In this document: positions 32,607-42,880 of the stretch, piece by piece
Position numbering within the stretch: position 1 is the stretch's first letter
Layout of the letters: each line of letters begins with the position of its first letter
NCBI GenBank assembly: GCA_963799845.1
Contig: CAWCYI010000007.1
Span: 1 to 64,000, forward strand
Origin: an uncultured Nitrososphaerota archaeon
Lineage (GTDB): Archaea > Thermoproteota > Nitrososphaeria > Nitrososphaerales > CADDZS01
Reading direction: 5' to 3'
Length of the DNA stretch: 64,000 nt
Notes under the pieces: generated by a model
Seen by the model: only the letters and a program-made list of their open reading frames with translations
Told to the model about the DNA's origin: nothing
Database searches by the model: none
Made by a program: the position numbers and the translations under genes

Positions 32607-34313
32607 TCAACTCGGATTCGGCCGCCTACGCGAGACTTCCGCTTTCTTACCTGCGGTAAAGAAATTAAGGTCTTCCAGGTAACCCGAAACTCTTCTCACC
32701 CGATAAATGTCATAGCTCCCGCATTTAGGGCAATCGTCAAATGTCCCAGTAATGTTACATTTCAAGCAGGTGTCCAATGGAAAATTTATCCCGAGATAGC
32801 TGACTCCATACCTTTCAGCTGCCTCAATGATCTCAGTAACTGCCTCGGTGTTTTTCAGCAAGGCGGACGCGAATTCCACATATGAGATGCACCCCCCATT
32901 GCAGAGCTCATGGAAGGGTCCTTCAAACCGTAGCTTCTCTATCGGATGTAAGCCCGAATCGACCCTGATGTGAAACGAATTCGTGTAGAATCCCTTTTTC
33001 GACACATCATTACCGTAGATCTCATAATCGATAGAAGGAAACCTTCCCGATACAAATTCGGCTGAAGTAGCCAATAGGGAGAAGTTCAAGTTGCAATCCC
33101 TCCGATACCCGTCAACCACATGCCTCATGTGCCTAACAATGTCTAGAGCAATCGCATTGTTCTCCTCGGAAACGTAGAACTCGTTTCCTGTTAGGAGTTT
33201 CACCGCCTCTGACAACCCTATGAATCCGATGGCAAGAGTCCCATTCCTAAAGATCTCTTCCAATGAACTCTCTGACGTGAAGAACTTTGTCCAGAGATTG
33301 AGACTGAGATTGTACGGGAAATCGTTGACATCCAGCTTTAGCAACTTATAGTATCTATCAAGAAGAAGATCCCTCACGATATTCGCGATCTTTTGCCATT
33401 CCTCCTTGAACGTGCAGACCTTTTCGGCTGCATCCTTCCCTTGGGAGGACCTGTCAATCTCGAGAGCGATTCTCGGTAGGTTGATAGTAGTAAAGGCGAT
33501 GTTGCCGCGGCCAATGCACGTGTCCTCTCCGAACAGGTTCTGAATAACTCTTGTCCGACAACCCATAATTGCCAGTTTGTGAGGGTCTACGTCTGCATTG
33601 GTCTTGGAGTCGCAGAGCAGGTAGGTAGGTATCATCTTCCTACAAGTAGATTCTACGGAAAGGCAGAACAGGTCGAAGTTTGGGTCATCGGATAAGGAGT
33701 TGACCCCTCTTTTTACCTTGAAGATAATGTTCGGCTTTATGCATTCCATGGACGAGTCCTTGAAATGGCTCAATACCGAAAAAGTCACGAATCTCGCAAC
33801 CTCCCCAGTTCCGAGGCCCAAGTTAAGCGAAACGTAGTAACTGGTCTGCCCGCCTCTTTCCCTCGTCCCATTTATCCAGTCTATGAACGATACTATGGAT
33901 TCACTCAGAATCTGAAGGTTCGATTTACTGTTTGAAAGGCCCAGCTGATAGAACAGGGTCTCTATTTCTGCATCGAAGTTCGCAAAACCCATTCCACCTG
34001 ACTGTTCAATCGCGAGTTTTCCAATAACATCTTTGTAGTGGTCAAAGATTCCGAATATTTTGCTTGGCTCTGACACCTCCTCGAGCCTTTGGAAAGGGAA
34101 TCCTTTCACTATGTTAAGCATGAGGCAATTGTAGGTTTGCCCGTAAGCTTCAAGATTGTGGATGTGTATTTTCCCTTCGTCATGCAACCTTGAGAACCTT
34201 GGATCCAAGCTATCCAGGATCTCTCGCTTCCTGAGCTTGATGCCTGTCTCAAATATTGTCCCCATGTAGGATTTGCGCTGAGACGCGTTGTCAAATTGTA
34301 ATCCTTCAGGCAT
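32607..34313 (-). CDS. nrdD: Anaerobic (class III) ribonucleoside-triphosphate reductase, no ATP cone
   Basis: HIHNL..YNC, EQSGG, MGCRT, RGNIAFTTINLPR, YTNSFH, CxxC/CPKCGS, RRVSGYL glycyl-radical loop. Confidence 0.93.
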   Translation of the reverse strand: MPEGLQFDNASQRKSYMGTIFETGIKLRKREILDSLDPRFSRLHDEGKIHIHNLEAYGQTYNCLMLNIVKGFPFQRLEEVSEPSKIFGIFDHYKDVIGKLAIEQSGGMGFANFDAEIETLFYQLGLSNSKSNLQILSESIVSFIDWINGTRERGGQTSYYVSLNLGLGTGEVARFVTFSVLSHFKDSSMECIKPNIIFKVKRGVNSLSDDPNFDLFCLSVESTCRKMIPTYLLCDSKTNADVDPHKLAIMGCRTRVIQNLFGEDTCIGRGNIAFTTINLPRIALEIDRSSQGKDAAEKVCTFKEEWQKIANIVRDLLLDRYYKLLKLDVNDFPYNLSLNLWTKFFTSESSLEEIFRNGTLAIGFIGLSEAVKLLTGNEFYVSEENNAIALDIVRHMRHVVDGYRRDCNLNFSLLATSAEFVSGRFPSIDYEIYGNDVSKKGFYTNSFHIRVDSGLHPIEKLRFEGPFHELCNGGCISYVEFASALLKNTEAVTEIIEAAERYGVSYLGINFPLDTCLKCNITGTFDDCPKCGSYDIYRVRRVSGYLEDLNFFTAGKKAEVSRRRPNPS

Positions 34314-34752
34314 GCGCTTCCCTCAAGTCAATGAACTTTTGGTTGGACGAGCCGACATATGGAATGGTGGTGGAGCGTCTTTCTTGAATGTATCTTCCCA
34401 CCTTTATGTACCTCAACTGCCTCAGTATTTCCTTTGGCACGTTCTCAATCTCGAAACCCGTGTAGAGGGCAATGTCAAAGTCTGAAAGACCTCGCGTTAG
34501 TTCGAGTACAGCTTGATATTGGAGTAGCGGTTCTCCACCCGATATTGTTAGTTTCTTATTGAGCGCCTTGGTACGCAGCTCTTTAATCAGGTCCCCTATG
34601 TCAACGACCTTCCCCTTCTGGATGTCCCACGTGGAACAATTATGGCACCCGCGACATCTTAACTCACAGCCCTGAACAAAGAGCACTGATCTTATTCCTG
34701 GACCATCCACTACTGAGCCATTGTAGTCGATTGAGTTAAGCATGATCTTCAT
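34306..34752 (-). CDS. nrdG: Anaerobic RNR activating protein (radical SAM)
   Basis: VDGPGIRSVLFVQGCELRCRGCHN, TISGGEPL, LYTGF, GSSNQ. Confidence 0.92.
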   Translation of the reverse strand: MKIMLNSIDYNGSVVDGPGIRSVLFVQGCELRCRGCHNCSTWDIQKGKVVDIGDLIKELRTKALNKKLTISGGEPLLQYQAVLELTRGLSDFDIALYTGFEIENVPKEILRQLRYIKVGRYIQERRSTTIPYVGSSNQKFIDLREAHA

Positions 34753-35383
34753 CAGGATTGTATCTCCCCTAAACCGCAACTATTGCCATATAGTCTCAGC
34801 CTAAATATTCTGCCGCATTGAGCAGAAATAAACAGGAGGGACGATTTTCAATCCTGATAATGGAATTGGTTGTGATCGAAGTTACTGGAGATCTCACTGC
34901 CTCACTTATAAATCGGATATGTTGACGGTCGTAACACCGCATCGCATGGAGGCGAGCCCGCTATCCGGCTTTTCCTGTTCTCTCAATCCATCAGCTGCTC
35001 GTTATGTCTGCCTGTTTTTCATAGTCCTTCTGCAGTCCGGGTGAAAGCATGACAAATCCCAGACCGACAGCGAGCGTGAACGCACTGACCACGATCCACG
35101 CGAGGCTGGGACGAAAGAAGAAGAAACTATTCGGAACAATAGTAATACTCTTCCATTAGGCTGAGGGACTTTGCAGGTTGGAGCTCCGTATCTTTGTTCG
35201 TCATTTCTTAGTGTGCCTCACAAACTAGCTAATATCCTAAACCCCAACCTTCCTAGCGATTGGAGACGACAGTAGATATCGGGTGACTCCAACCCAGGTT
35301 CTAAATTAGGGCTGCAATTTGAAAGGTATAGCTTCGAGAGTAAAAGGGGATTTACACTAATTGGTGCAATTCTCGGCCGGGTT

Positions 35384-35429
35384 GGAGGTAACAAAAAGAA
35401 CCCAATCAGGGCTGAATCCCATCCCATCC
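35384..35429 (+). other. att-like right end of module 2
   Basis: GGAGGTAACAAAAAGAACCCAATCAGGGCTGAATC-CCATCCCATCC; core starts 35 bp after GGAGG as in the other copies. Confidence 0.65.
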
Positions 35430-35738
35430 TCATAAATGAAGACAAATATTTTCAGATAAAATGCCGAGAGAACTCTGATCGAAGTTTTCTTTTCAATATG
35501 AAATTTGTCATTTTTTTATAAAGCAGACCCTGGTGGTCTTTGTGGAATTCCGCTACTCGACATTGTTCTTGAAAACTTGTTATGCTGAAAGACCCGCGCT
35601 CGCTATTTTCTAGCGAGAAGAATATTATTTGGTTGATATTGGGTTGATATTGATAAAAGAACCTCTTGTAGGAGATTTGTTCGAGGCATTTGCAATATTA
35701 TCGCTTGGGATTGAATTTATTTGCATCGTTGTTGCACT

Positions 35739-36854
35739 CTAGTGTTTCAAGTAATAATCAGCTACTACTCTGAACGACTCTTTCGGTTCCCAATTCATGT
35801 CGGGATAAGTTACACCATGCCTTCCTTTGGAATACGTCTTGACCAGACTCATGCTAGCCATGTCAAGATCATACCTTGGATTCTCATCATAGGGATGGAT
35901 CTGGGAAACGAAGACAGAGACAAAAGCACCATAAACACCCGCCTTGTCGAGGACACTCAGTTGGTCTACGAGTTCACGAGCCTGCAATCCTTCGTCTCTG
36001 ATGTGATTTCCATCTTTCAATTTGGGTCGAATGAACTTGCCGAACAAGGGCAACAGATAATGGAGAGCTTGGGACTTGTTGTCTATGATATTTCCCCCCA
36101 GACCAGCTCCATTGATTTCGGCTCCTTGGTAAGTTGGCATTCCAAACTCCGTAACTACAACTGGCTTTCCGATCTCAAATGCCGGCTTTAGCATCTCTGC
36201 GTATTGATCTTTGATCCTTTCAGCACGATAGTGGTCTACGCCGACATAATCGAAGAGATTCCAATCCACAGATTCCCACAAAAGAGAAGCGTAGGTTATT
36301 TTTCCATGAAAAACTTCTTTCACTGAAGCGACAGTTTTTTGGAGGTATGCGCGAAGTATTTTGTTGTGCTCGCCATTTCGGATACGTGAAATTGCTTCAA
36401 CAGAGTTCGTTTGCCCTGTAGAATTTTCCTGCTGCTTGTATTTTGTCATTAGTTTCGTCATTCTTTCCACTACGTTTTTGCCCTCAACTATGCCATTCAT
36501 GAAAAGCGTGAGTTCGCCTCCAACGACTAACACAAGGCTTTCTGGATATTCTCGCCGTAATTTTTCGGCTGATTCAGCGACCCTTTGGGTGTATGCCTGT
36601 GTTTGATCTTGTTTCTTATTCCACATCGTTGGACAAAGCCATACTTCAAGACCTTTCTTTAGAGCAATTTCAGTGGCAACAACGAGCCTTTTGATATCGA
36701 GACCAGTGATTCTTATCGCGTTGCAATGCAGATCATTTTTGATTATCTCGATTTCACGGCTTACAGTCTTGGGATCAAAGTCAGGTCGCCAGTTGAAATA
36801 CATCACGCTTCCTGCGTCGTAGTTGACTCCCTTTAGTTTCATCTTTCCCACCAT
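35739..36854 (-). CDS. Glycoside-hydrolase-like TIM-barrel protein (family often annotated 'abortive infection protein')
   Basis: KGVNYDAG, DLHCNAIRITG, VGGELTLF, GVDHYR, KPVVVTEFG, DLDMAS, WEPKESF. Confidence 0.7.
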   Translation of the reverse strand: MVGKMKLKGVNYDAGSVMYFNWRPDFDPKTVSREIEIIKNDLHCNAIRITGLDIKRLVVATEIALKKGLEVWLCPTMWNKKQDQTQAYTQRVAESAEKLRREYPESLVLVVGGELTLFMNGIVEGKNVVERMTKLMTKYKQQENSTGQTNSVEAISRIRNGEHNKILRAYLQKTVASVKEVFHGKITYASLLWESVDWNLFDYVGVDHYRAERIKDQYAEMLKPAFEIGKPVVVTEFGMPTYQGAEINGAGLGGNIIDNKSQALHYLLPLFGKFIRPKLKDGNHIRDEGLQARELVDQLSVLDKAGVYGAFVSVFVSQIHPYDENPRYDLDMASMSLVKTYSKGRHGVTYPDMNWEPKESFRVVADYYLKH

Positions 36855-36898
36855 TCTATCTTCTCCAAGGCTTCAACATCCGGAATATGATCTCCGAA

Positions 36899-37435
36899 TC
36901 AGGATAGCTCTCGCTTCAGCTTCCCTGGATCGGAGTACGCCATTCTTTTCCAGAGTCCTTCAATGCAAGCCATGACTGCTTCTAGCAATTGGTCTGGATT
37001 ATCCTTTGCAATCTCTCCAGTTTTCTGCCCCTCGACTATCAGCCGCCGCATTTCGTTTAGAAAGATCTTACTATGCCTTGTCATCCTTTCTTTAAGCTCA
37101 GCAGGTAGCGAATCATCAGCTAGTATCTGATAGAGAAATTGGTAGTATCCTGACTTCTCTCTTCTTCGTTCTATTAGTCTAGTTACAACAGTATGGAGTT
37201 TCTCTGCGGGAGTTCCAGGCAGTTTTTTCATTATCTTATCATATTCTTCTGCAGATTGTAGTGAGTGTTTCAGCAGGGTTTTGAAAATCTCATCCTTACT
37301 TTCGAAGTACCTGTAGGCAAGCCCTTGGCTGATTCCAGCTTCTAAAGCAATGTCCGCCATGGTAGCCGAACTACCTTTTCGCCCGAATACCTTCTCGGCG
37401 GATTTCAGAATATTCTGGGATTGATCTATTCCCAA
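36899..37435 (-). CDS. TetR-family regulator, N-terminus possibly truncated
   Basis: ILKSAEKVF...ATMADIALEAGISQGLAYRYFESKDEI. Confidence 0.85.
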   Translation of the reverse strand: MGIDQSQNILKSAEKVFGRKGSSATMADIALEAGISQGLAYRYFESKDEIFKTLLKHSLQSAEEYDKIMKKLPGTPAEKLHTVVTRLIERRREKSGYYQFLYQILADDSLPAELKERMTRHSKIFLNEMRRLIVEGQKTGEIAKDNPDQLLEAVMACIEGLWKRMAYSDPGKLKRELS

Positions 37436-37446
37436 TGCGTGCGCGC

Positions 37447-37859
37447 TCAGTGAAAGATTGGAACAAACACTCTTCGACCGTCATGCCAAACTTTTTTCCA
37501 GAAGATAACTCAAAAGCTACTTTTCTTTTGAACTCCTCCTCGGTTGCTTTTGAAAAATAATCGAGAGTCTTTTTTTCAACTTCGGAGAGATGTTCGAGAA
37601 TCATGCTCATGTTAGTGTAATCGTCTGAGCTTCGCCTAGAATATTTTTTCGACTTTTCAAAGATTGCATAGTTTACGATCCAATCTTCATTGTCTATCAT
37701 GTGTAGGAGAACGTTTTTCATTGAGTAGAAACTTGCTTCTCTATTCTTCGCGGCTTCCTCCCAGGAAAGATCCGACATCTTATTAGCAAAGCGTCTTCGT
37801 ACGGTACGTGAATATTCGTAAAGGTCTCTTATGTTCAAAGGACTCATCCAAACACTCAC
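37447..37859 (-). pseudogene. DinB/YfiT-like four-helix protein, C-terminally truncated
   Basis: SMKNVLLHMIDNEDW...TVEECLFQSFTE, then lacks the expected His motif and runs into TetR. Confidence 0.65.
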
Positions 37860-38335
37860 AATCGGCGCATAAAAAGAATAAAATCAATATCAGAATCCAA
37901 GGGAAATCAAAGTCCAAGCTACTTCATCTGAGTTGAAATGGATACTACGCCACTTTCTCCGAAAACTAGTTTACATTTTTGACAATTATTTCTGAACCCA
38001 TCCCTAAGCAGAAGGCACGAATGGAAGGAACATCCTATTAGATTGTCATGAAATGAATGCTATATCTTTCAATATGTGCCCTAAGTTCAACTTCAACAGA
38101 GGTAAATTGTTCTATTGCACTACTCTTTGTCGACTAGCTTTTAATCAAAAACTGGAAAAGAGCCTGCGGTGGAAGTCTCATAGAGTTTGAGAAAAAGAGT
38201 GAGCGTCGTCGTGTAGAGCGCTTTCTCAATCGCAGTTATCTTGGAAAATGGGCCTTCATCGGTACGCTTATCGGACTCGTAGCGGGTTTTGGTGCTACAG
38301 TATTTTTCTTTGCAATCCAATTTGTTTCCAACACT

Positions 38336-40009
38336 ATGCTAGGTGGGATAACTGGGTTTTATCCTCCCAACCCCGCGGGAGAAGCCCCGGCTCCGATTTC
38401 AGTTAATCCGCATTTCTTGTTAATTCCAATTTCGACGGCTATCGGTGGATTGATCGCGGGGCTACTAGTTTTTGGTTTGGCACCCGAAGCGGAAGGGCAT
38501 GGAACAGATGCTGCAATTGACGCATATCACAACAAGAGCGGTGCGATTAGGCAGAGGGTTCCGATCATAAAGACGATTGCGTCAGCGTTTACGATAGGCA
38601 GTGGTGGAAGTGCGGGAAGAGAGGGCCCTACTGCGCAGATTGCGGCGGGCTTTGGCTCGATGATCGGAGAGATTTTTGGATTATCTGCTAAGGACAGAAG
38701 AATCGCCCTTGCTGCAGGAATCGGGGCAGGCATCGGCTCGATTTTCAAATCTCCGTTTGGCGGAGCAATTCTCAGTGCGGAGATTCTGTACAGCGGCGGC
38801 GACATCGAGGCGGAAACTTTGATTCCAGCTTTCATCGCAACCCCAATAGGGTACGTCATTTTTGGGTCATTCACCGGATTCACTCCGATATTCGGGACTG
38901 GAATTACATACAATTTTACTCATCCTTTCAACCTAATTTTCTACGCGATTCTCGGTGTGCTTTGTGCAGGAGTGGGAAGGTTCTACACTTTGACCTTCTA
39001 CACGGTGAAAAATTTTTTCGACGTGTCGAAGATTCCGAAGTACGTAAGACCGATGATCGGTGCAGCAATTTGCGGAATAATTGGAATTTTGTTTCCAGAG
39101 GTAATCGGGTTAGGTTACGGATTTTTGCAATTTGCTATTAACGGGAATTTTAATTCGATTACAACTAACTACATTACATTGCCCATTATCGTTGTTTTGG
39201 TGCTCGTCGTATTCTTGAAAATTTTTGCTACTTCTTTCACGGTGGGTTCTGGAGGAAGTGGAGGAGTGTTCGCTCCCTCTCTCGCAATTGGGGGATTCCT
39301 AGGCGCAGCTATGTGGATGGTTGTTCAGAATTTCTTTCCGAATCTTATTCCAATCCCAGCTCCTCTTGTCATCGTCGGAATGATGGCTCTCTTTGCAGGA
39401 GTAGGCCGAGTTCCCATCGCCGTAATTCTAATGGTCAGCGAAATGACAGGCAACCTATCGTTGCTGGCTCCTTCGATGATTGCAGTTGTGACCTCATACT
39501 ATTTGACTGGCTCAAAATACACCATTTATCACAGCCAGGTCGAGACGAGGGCGGACTCACCCGCGCACATGGGAGAGTACAATGTTCCGCTGATGACCAG
39601 GATATTTGTTTCCGAGGCTATGAACAAGGATGTACAGAGTCTGAACGAAGATGATTCTGTTCAAAGAGCTAATCAGCTGATTCTTGAAAAAGGCTTCAAG
39701 GGAATTCCTATTGTATCCAAAGAAGGGAAAGTTACGGGCATGGTCACGCTGAAAGATGTGGAACGTATCCCAAGAGAAAAATCTGCTTCAACAAAACTTA
39801 CAGAAATAATGACTCAAAACGTCATATCGGTCGGACAGAACGAAACACTCCTTGATGCCATGAGGAAAATGACGATAAATGAAGTGGGTCAGCTTCCAGT
39901 TGTCGACAAATCGACTGGAGCACTTTTAGGAATAATAAGCCGGACCGATCTTTTGCGAGCTTACGATAAAAGAATCTCTGTCGATGATGAATCGACTGCT
40001 CGTAAATGA
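38336..40009 (+). CDS. CLC chloride channel / Cl-/H+ antiporter with CBS domains (frame continues upstream of 38336)
   Basis: GHGTD, GGSAGREGP, GGSGGVFAP, C-terminal CBS pair. Confidence 0.93.
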   Translation: MLGGITGFYPPNPAGEAPAPISVNPHFLLIPISTAIGGLIAGLLVFGLAPEAEGHGTDAAIDAYHNKSGAIRQRVPIIKTIASAFTIGSGGSAGREGPTAQIAAGFGSMIGEIFGLSAKDRRIALAAGIGAGIGSIFKSPFGGAILSAEILYSGGDIEAETLIPAFIATPIGYVIFGSFTGFTPIFGTGITYNFTHPFNLIFYAILGVLCAGVGRFYTLTFYTVKNFFDVSKIPKYVRPMIGAAICGIIGILFPEVIGLGYGFLQFAINGNFNSITTNYITLPIIVVLVLVVFLKIFATSFTVGSGGSGGVFAPSLAIGGFLGAAMWMVVQNFFPNLIPIPAPLVIVGMMALFAGVGRVPIAVILMVSEMTGNLSLLAPSMIAVVTSYYLTGSKYTIYHSQVETRADSPAHMGEYNVPLMTRIFVSEAMNKDVQSLNEDDSVQRANQLILEKGFKGIPIVSKEGKVTGMVTLKDVERIPREKSASTKLTEIMTQNVISVGQNETLLDAMRKMTINEVGQLPVVDKSTGALLGIISRTDLLRAYDKRISVDDESTARK

Positions 40010-40125
40010 GATCAAAATGGCAACATGCTGGAGGGCTGATGTCAACTTGCGAACCTTATGATTCTGTCCGAGCTCGGGGATATGGTTTTGAATAATAGGA
40101 ACTAGCAGGTCGTACGGAAGCCAAC

Positions 40126-42597
40126 TTGAGCAGTATCACCCCTTCCGAGGGGAAGGATCTTCCTGTCGCAGAACTGCTCAAGAGACTTGCAACGACCGAA
40201 AAGGGGCTCTCTTCTTCAGAAGCAGCCAAAAGGCTCCAGCAATATGGAGCTAACGAGATAGTCGAGAAGAAGCGCTCCGCGATACTCGTTTTCCTACGAT
40301 ATTTTTGGGGATCCATTCCATGGATGATAGAAGCGGCAGCAATCATCTCCGCATTCTTGCAGAACTGGGATGACCTAGTTATCATCACCGCGCTCCTGGT
40401 GGTAAATGTCATTGTCAGGACGTGGCAGGAGAACAAAGCGAGCAATGCAATCGAGCTGCTGAAACAGAGGCTTGCCCTTAGAGCGAAAGCACTGCGGGAC
40501 GGAAAGTGGGTTGATCTTCCTGCAAAAGAGCTCGTTCCCGGAGATATAGTGCGTCTACGCCTCGGGAACATTGTTCCAACAGACACAAAACTCGTCGACG
40601 GTACGTATCTTCAGATCGACGAATCGGCGCTAACTGGGGAATCTCTGCCTGTGGAGAAGCATCCGGGCGATGTTGCTTTCTCATCCTCTATTGTTCGACA
40701 GGGCGAGATGAACGCCCTTGTGGTTACGACGGGGATGAACACCTACTTCGGACGGACCACGAAGCTGGTTGAGGAAGCTCAGACCAAAAGCCATTTCCAA
40801 GGAGCAGTGGTGAAGATCGGTGACTATCTTATCGCGCTTGCCGCAGTCATGGTAACGATCACTTCAATCGTCGGTCTCATCCGTCAGCAGGGACCTCTCG
40901 AAATCCTTCAGTTCGGACTCGTTCTGATCGTTGCAGCAATCCCGGCGGCGATGCCGGCCGTCCTCTCCGTTTGCATGACGGTGGGAGCATCAGCATTAGC
41001 GAAGAAAGATGCCATAGTCAGCAGGCTGGTTGCCATAGACGAGATGGCGGGCGTGGATATTCTATGCGCAGACAAGACAGGAACAATCACGAAGAACGAG
41101 CTTACTGTAAGCGAAATGAAGACCTTCAAAAAATATACGGAAAACGATATCCTGCTTTTTGCAACCCTTGCCTCAAGGGAGGAAGACAACGATCCTATCG
41201 ACGACACGATCATAATGAAAGCCAAGACATTGGACGAGATGCCCGACTCGATCGCAAGTTACAAAGTAGCTTCTTTCAAGCCGTTCGATCCCGTATCAAA
41301 GCGAACCGAAGTCACGGTGGAAGCCAAAGACGGCAATGTCTTTCAGATTACCAAGGGAGCACCCCAAGTGGTTTTGTCTCTCGTCCATGACAAAGACATC
41401 GAGGGAGTCGTGAACGAGGATGTCAACAGCTTCGCCGAGAAGGGATATCGTGCCCTAGGTGTGGCAAGAACCGATGGAGTGAAAAACTGGCAATTTGTCG
41501 GGCTCATAGCGCTCTCCGATCCTCCACGAGAAGATTCAGCCGCGACGATCAAGACTGCACAGTCAATGGGAATAGATGTCAAGATGGTCACAGGCGATCA
41601 CATGGCCATAGCCAAGGAAGTCTCACAGCAAGTGGGGCTGGGTACAAATATTGTCACATCGTCCTCTATCCTCGACAAATCAGATACTGAAGCAGAATCG
41701 GTGGTGGAGAAAGCCGATGGTTTCGCGGAGGTTTTTCCAGAGCACAAGTATCGCATCGTCGACCTCCTGCAGAAGAAAGGTCACATCGTCTGCATGACCG
41801 GAGACGGCGTCAACGATGCCCCCGCCCTAAAGAAGGCTGATTGCGGGATAGCAGTGGCCGGAGCTACCGACGCCGCAAAATCTGCCGCTGCCGTAGTCTT
41901 GACGAAGCCCGGTCTCTCTGTGATCATCGATGCCGTGACCGGGAGCCGGGAGATATTCCAGCGCATGACTAACTATGCAATCTATCGCATCAACGAAACA
42001 TTCCGTGTTCTTTTCTTCATATCACTTTCAATCATCGTGTTCAAGCTCTATCCAGTCACTGCGTTGATGATTGTTCTACTTGCTCTCCTTAACGACATGC
42101 CTATCATGACGATAGCCTATGACAATGTCAAGATCTCCCAAAAACCAGAGAAGTGGAACATGCGTACGCTACTGGGAATTTCATCATTTCTGGGAATTAT
42201 CGGGACAGCATCGTCCTTCGGAATGCTCATTATCGGACTAGAAGTTTTGCACTTGAATCCGCTGGTTCTCCAGTCGTTCATATATCTGAAGTTGTCCGTG
42301 GCGGGGCACCTTGCGTTGTTCGTGGCTCGGACAAAAGGACCATTCTGGTCCGTAAGACCAGCGAAGCCGTTGCTACTTGCTGTCATATTGACGCAGCTGA
42401 CCGCGACACTAATCACAGTTTATGGCATCCTTTTGCCCGCCATGGGGTGGGAGCTAGCGGCAATCGTCTGGGGATACGCATTGGCATTCTTTTTTGTTCA
42501 AGACTTTCTCAAGGTTCGATTCTACAAGCTACTTAATCGCGAGGGCGGAGTCTTTCAAATGAAGAAAATTGAATTGCAATCGAGTCCTCTCGCCTAA
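40126..42597 (+). CDS. Plasma-membrane proton-efflux P-type ATPase (P3A)
   Basis: WGSIPWMIEAAA, LTGES, IPAAMPAVLS, DKTGT, FDPVSKRT, KGAPQ, DPPRED, TGDGVNDAPALK. Confidence 0.93.
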   Translation: MSSITPSEGKDLPVAELLKRLATTEKGLSSSEAAKRLQQYGANEIVEKKRSAILVFLRYFWGSIPWMIEAAAIISAFLQNWDDLVIITALLVVNVIVRTWQENKASNAIELLKQRLALRAKALRDGKWVDLPAKELVPGDIVRLRLGNIVPTDTKLVDGTYLQIDESALTGESLPVEKHPGDVAFSSSIVRQGEMNALVVTTGMNTYFGRTTKLVEEAQTKSHFQGAVVKIGDYLIALAAVMVTITSIVGLIRQQGPLEILQFGLVLIVAAIPAAMPAVLSVCMTVGASALAKKDAIVSRLVAIDEMAGVDILCADKTGTITKNELTVSEMKTFKKYTENDILLFATLASREEDNDPIDDTIIMKAKTLDEMPDSIASYKVASFKPFDPVSKRTEVTVEAKDGNVFQITKGAPQVVLSLVHDKDIEGVVNEDVNSFAEKGYRALGVARTDGVKNWQFVGLIALSDPPREDSAATIKTAQSMGIDVKMVTGDHMAIAKEVSQQVGLGTNIVTSSSILDKSDTEAESVVEKADGFAEVFPEHKYRIVDLLQKKGHIVCMTGDGVNDAPALKKADCGIAVAGATDAAKSAAAVVLTKPGLSVIIDAVTGSREIFQRMTNYAIYRINETFRVLFFISLSIIVFKLYPVTALMIVLLALLNDMPIMTIAYDNVKISQKPEKWNMRTLLGISSFLGIIGTASSFGMLIIGLEVLHLNPLVLQSFIYLKLSVAGHLALFVARTKGPFWSVRPAKPLLLAVILTQLTATLITVYGILLPAMGWELAAIVWGYALAFFFVQDFLKVRFYKLLNREGGVFQMKKIELQSSPLA

Positions 42598-42880
42598 TTG
42601 GCGAGTGACGTCGCAGCTCTAGGCGATCTGCGATTCCACGATCATATCAAGAAGATGGGGTTCACGGGAATATAAGAAAGGATATTCGAATTGGATGATC
42701 CTTAGTCGTCAAAAGAAATTCCTCAAAAAGAAATGAAAGCCTGTTTCAACTGTGACTAACGACTAGAAAGGCAAAGGGTCAGCACGTGTAAGTGGTGGGT
42801 TCACAAGAAGTTCCAGGTTATTTTCATCTCACTATCTCAACTTTTTTCTCTTCTCTGATAATCAGATTAAAGGGCTGCTT

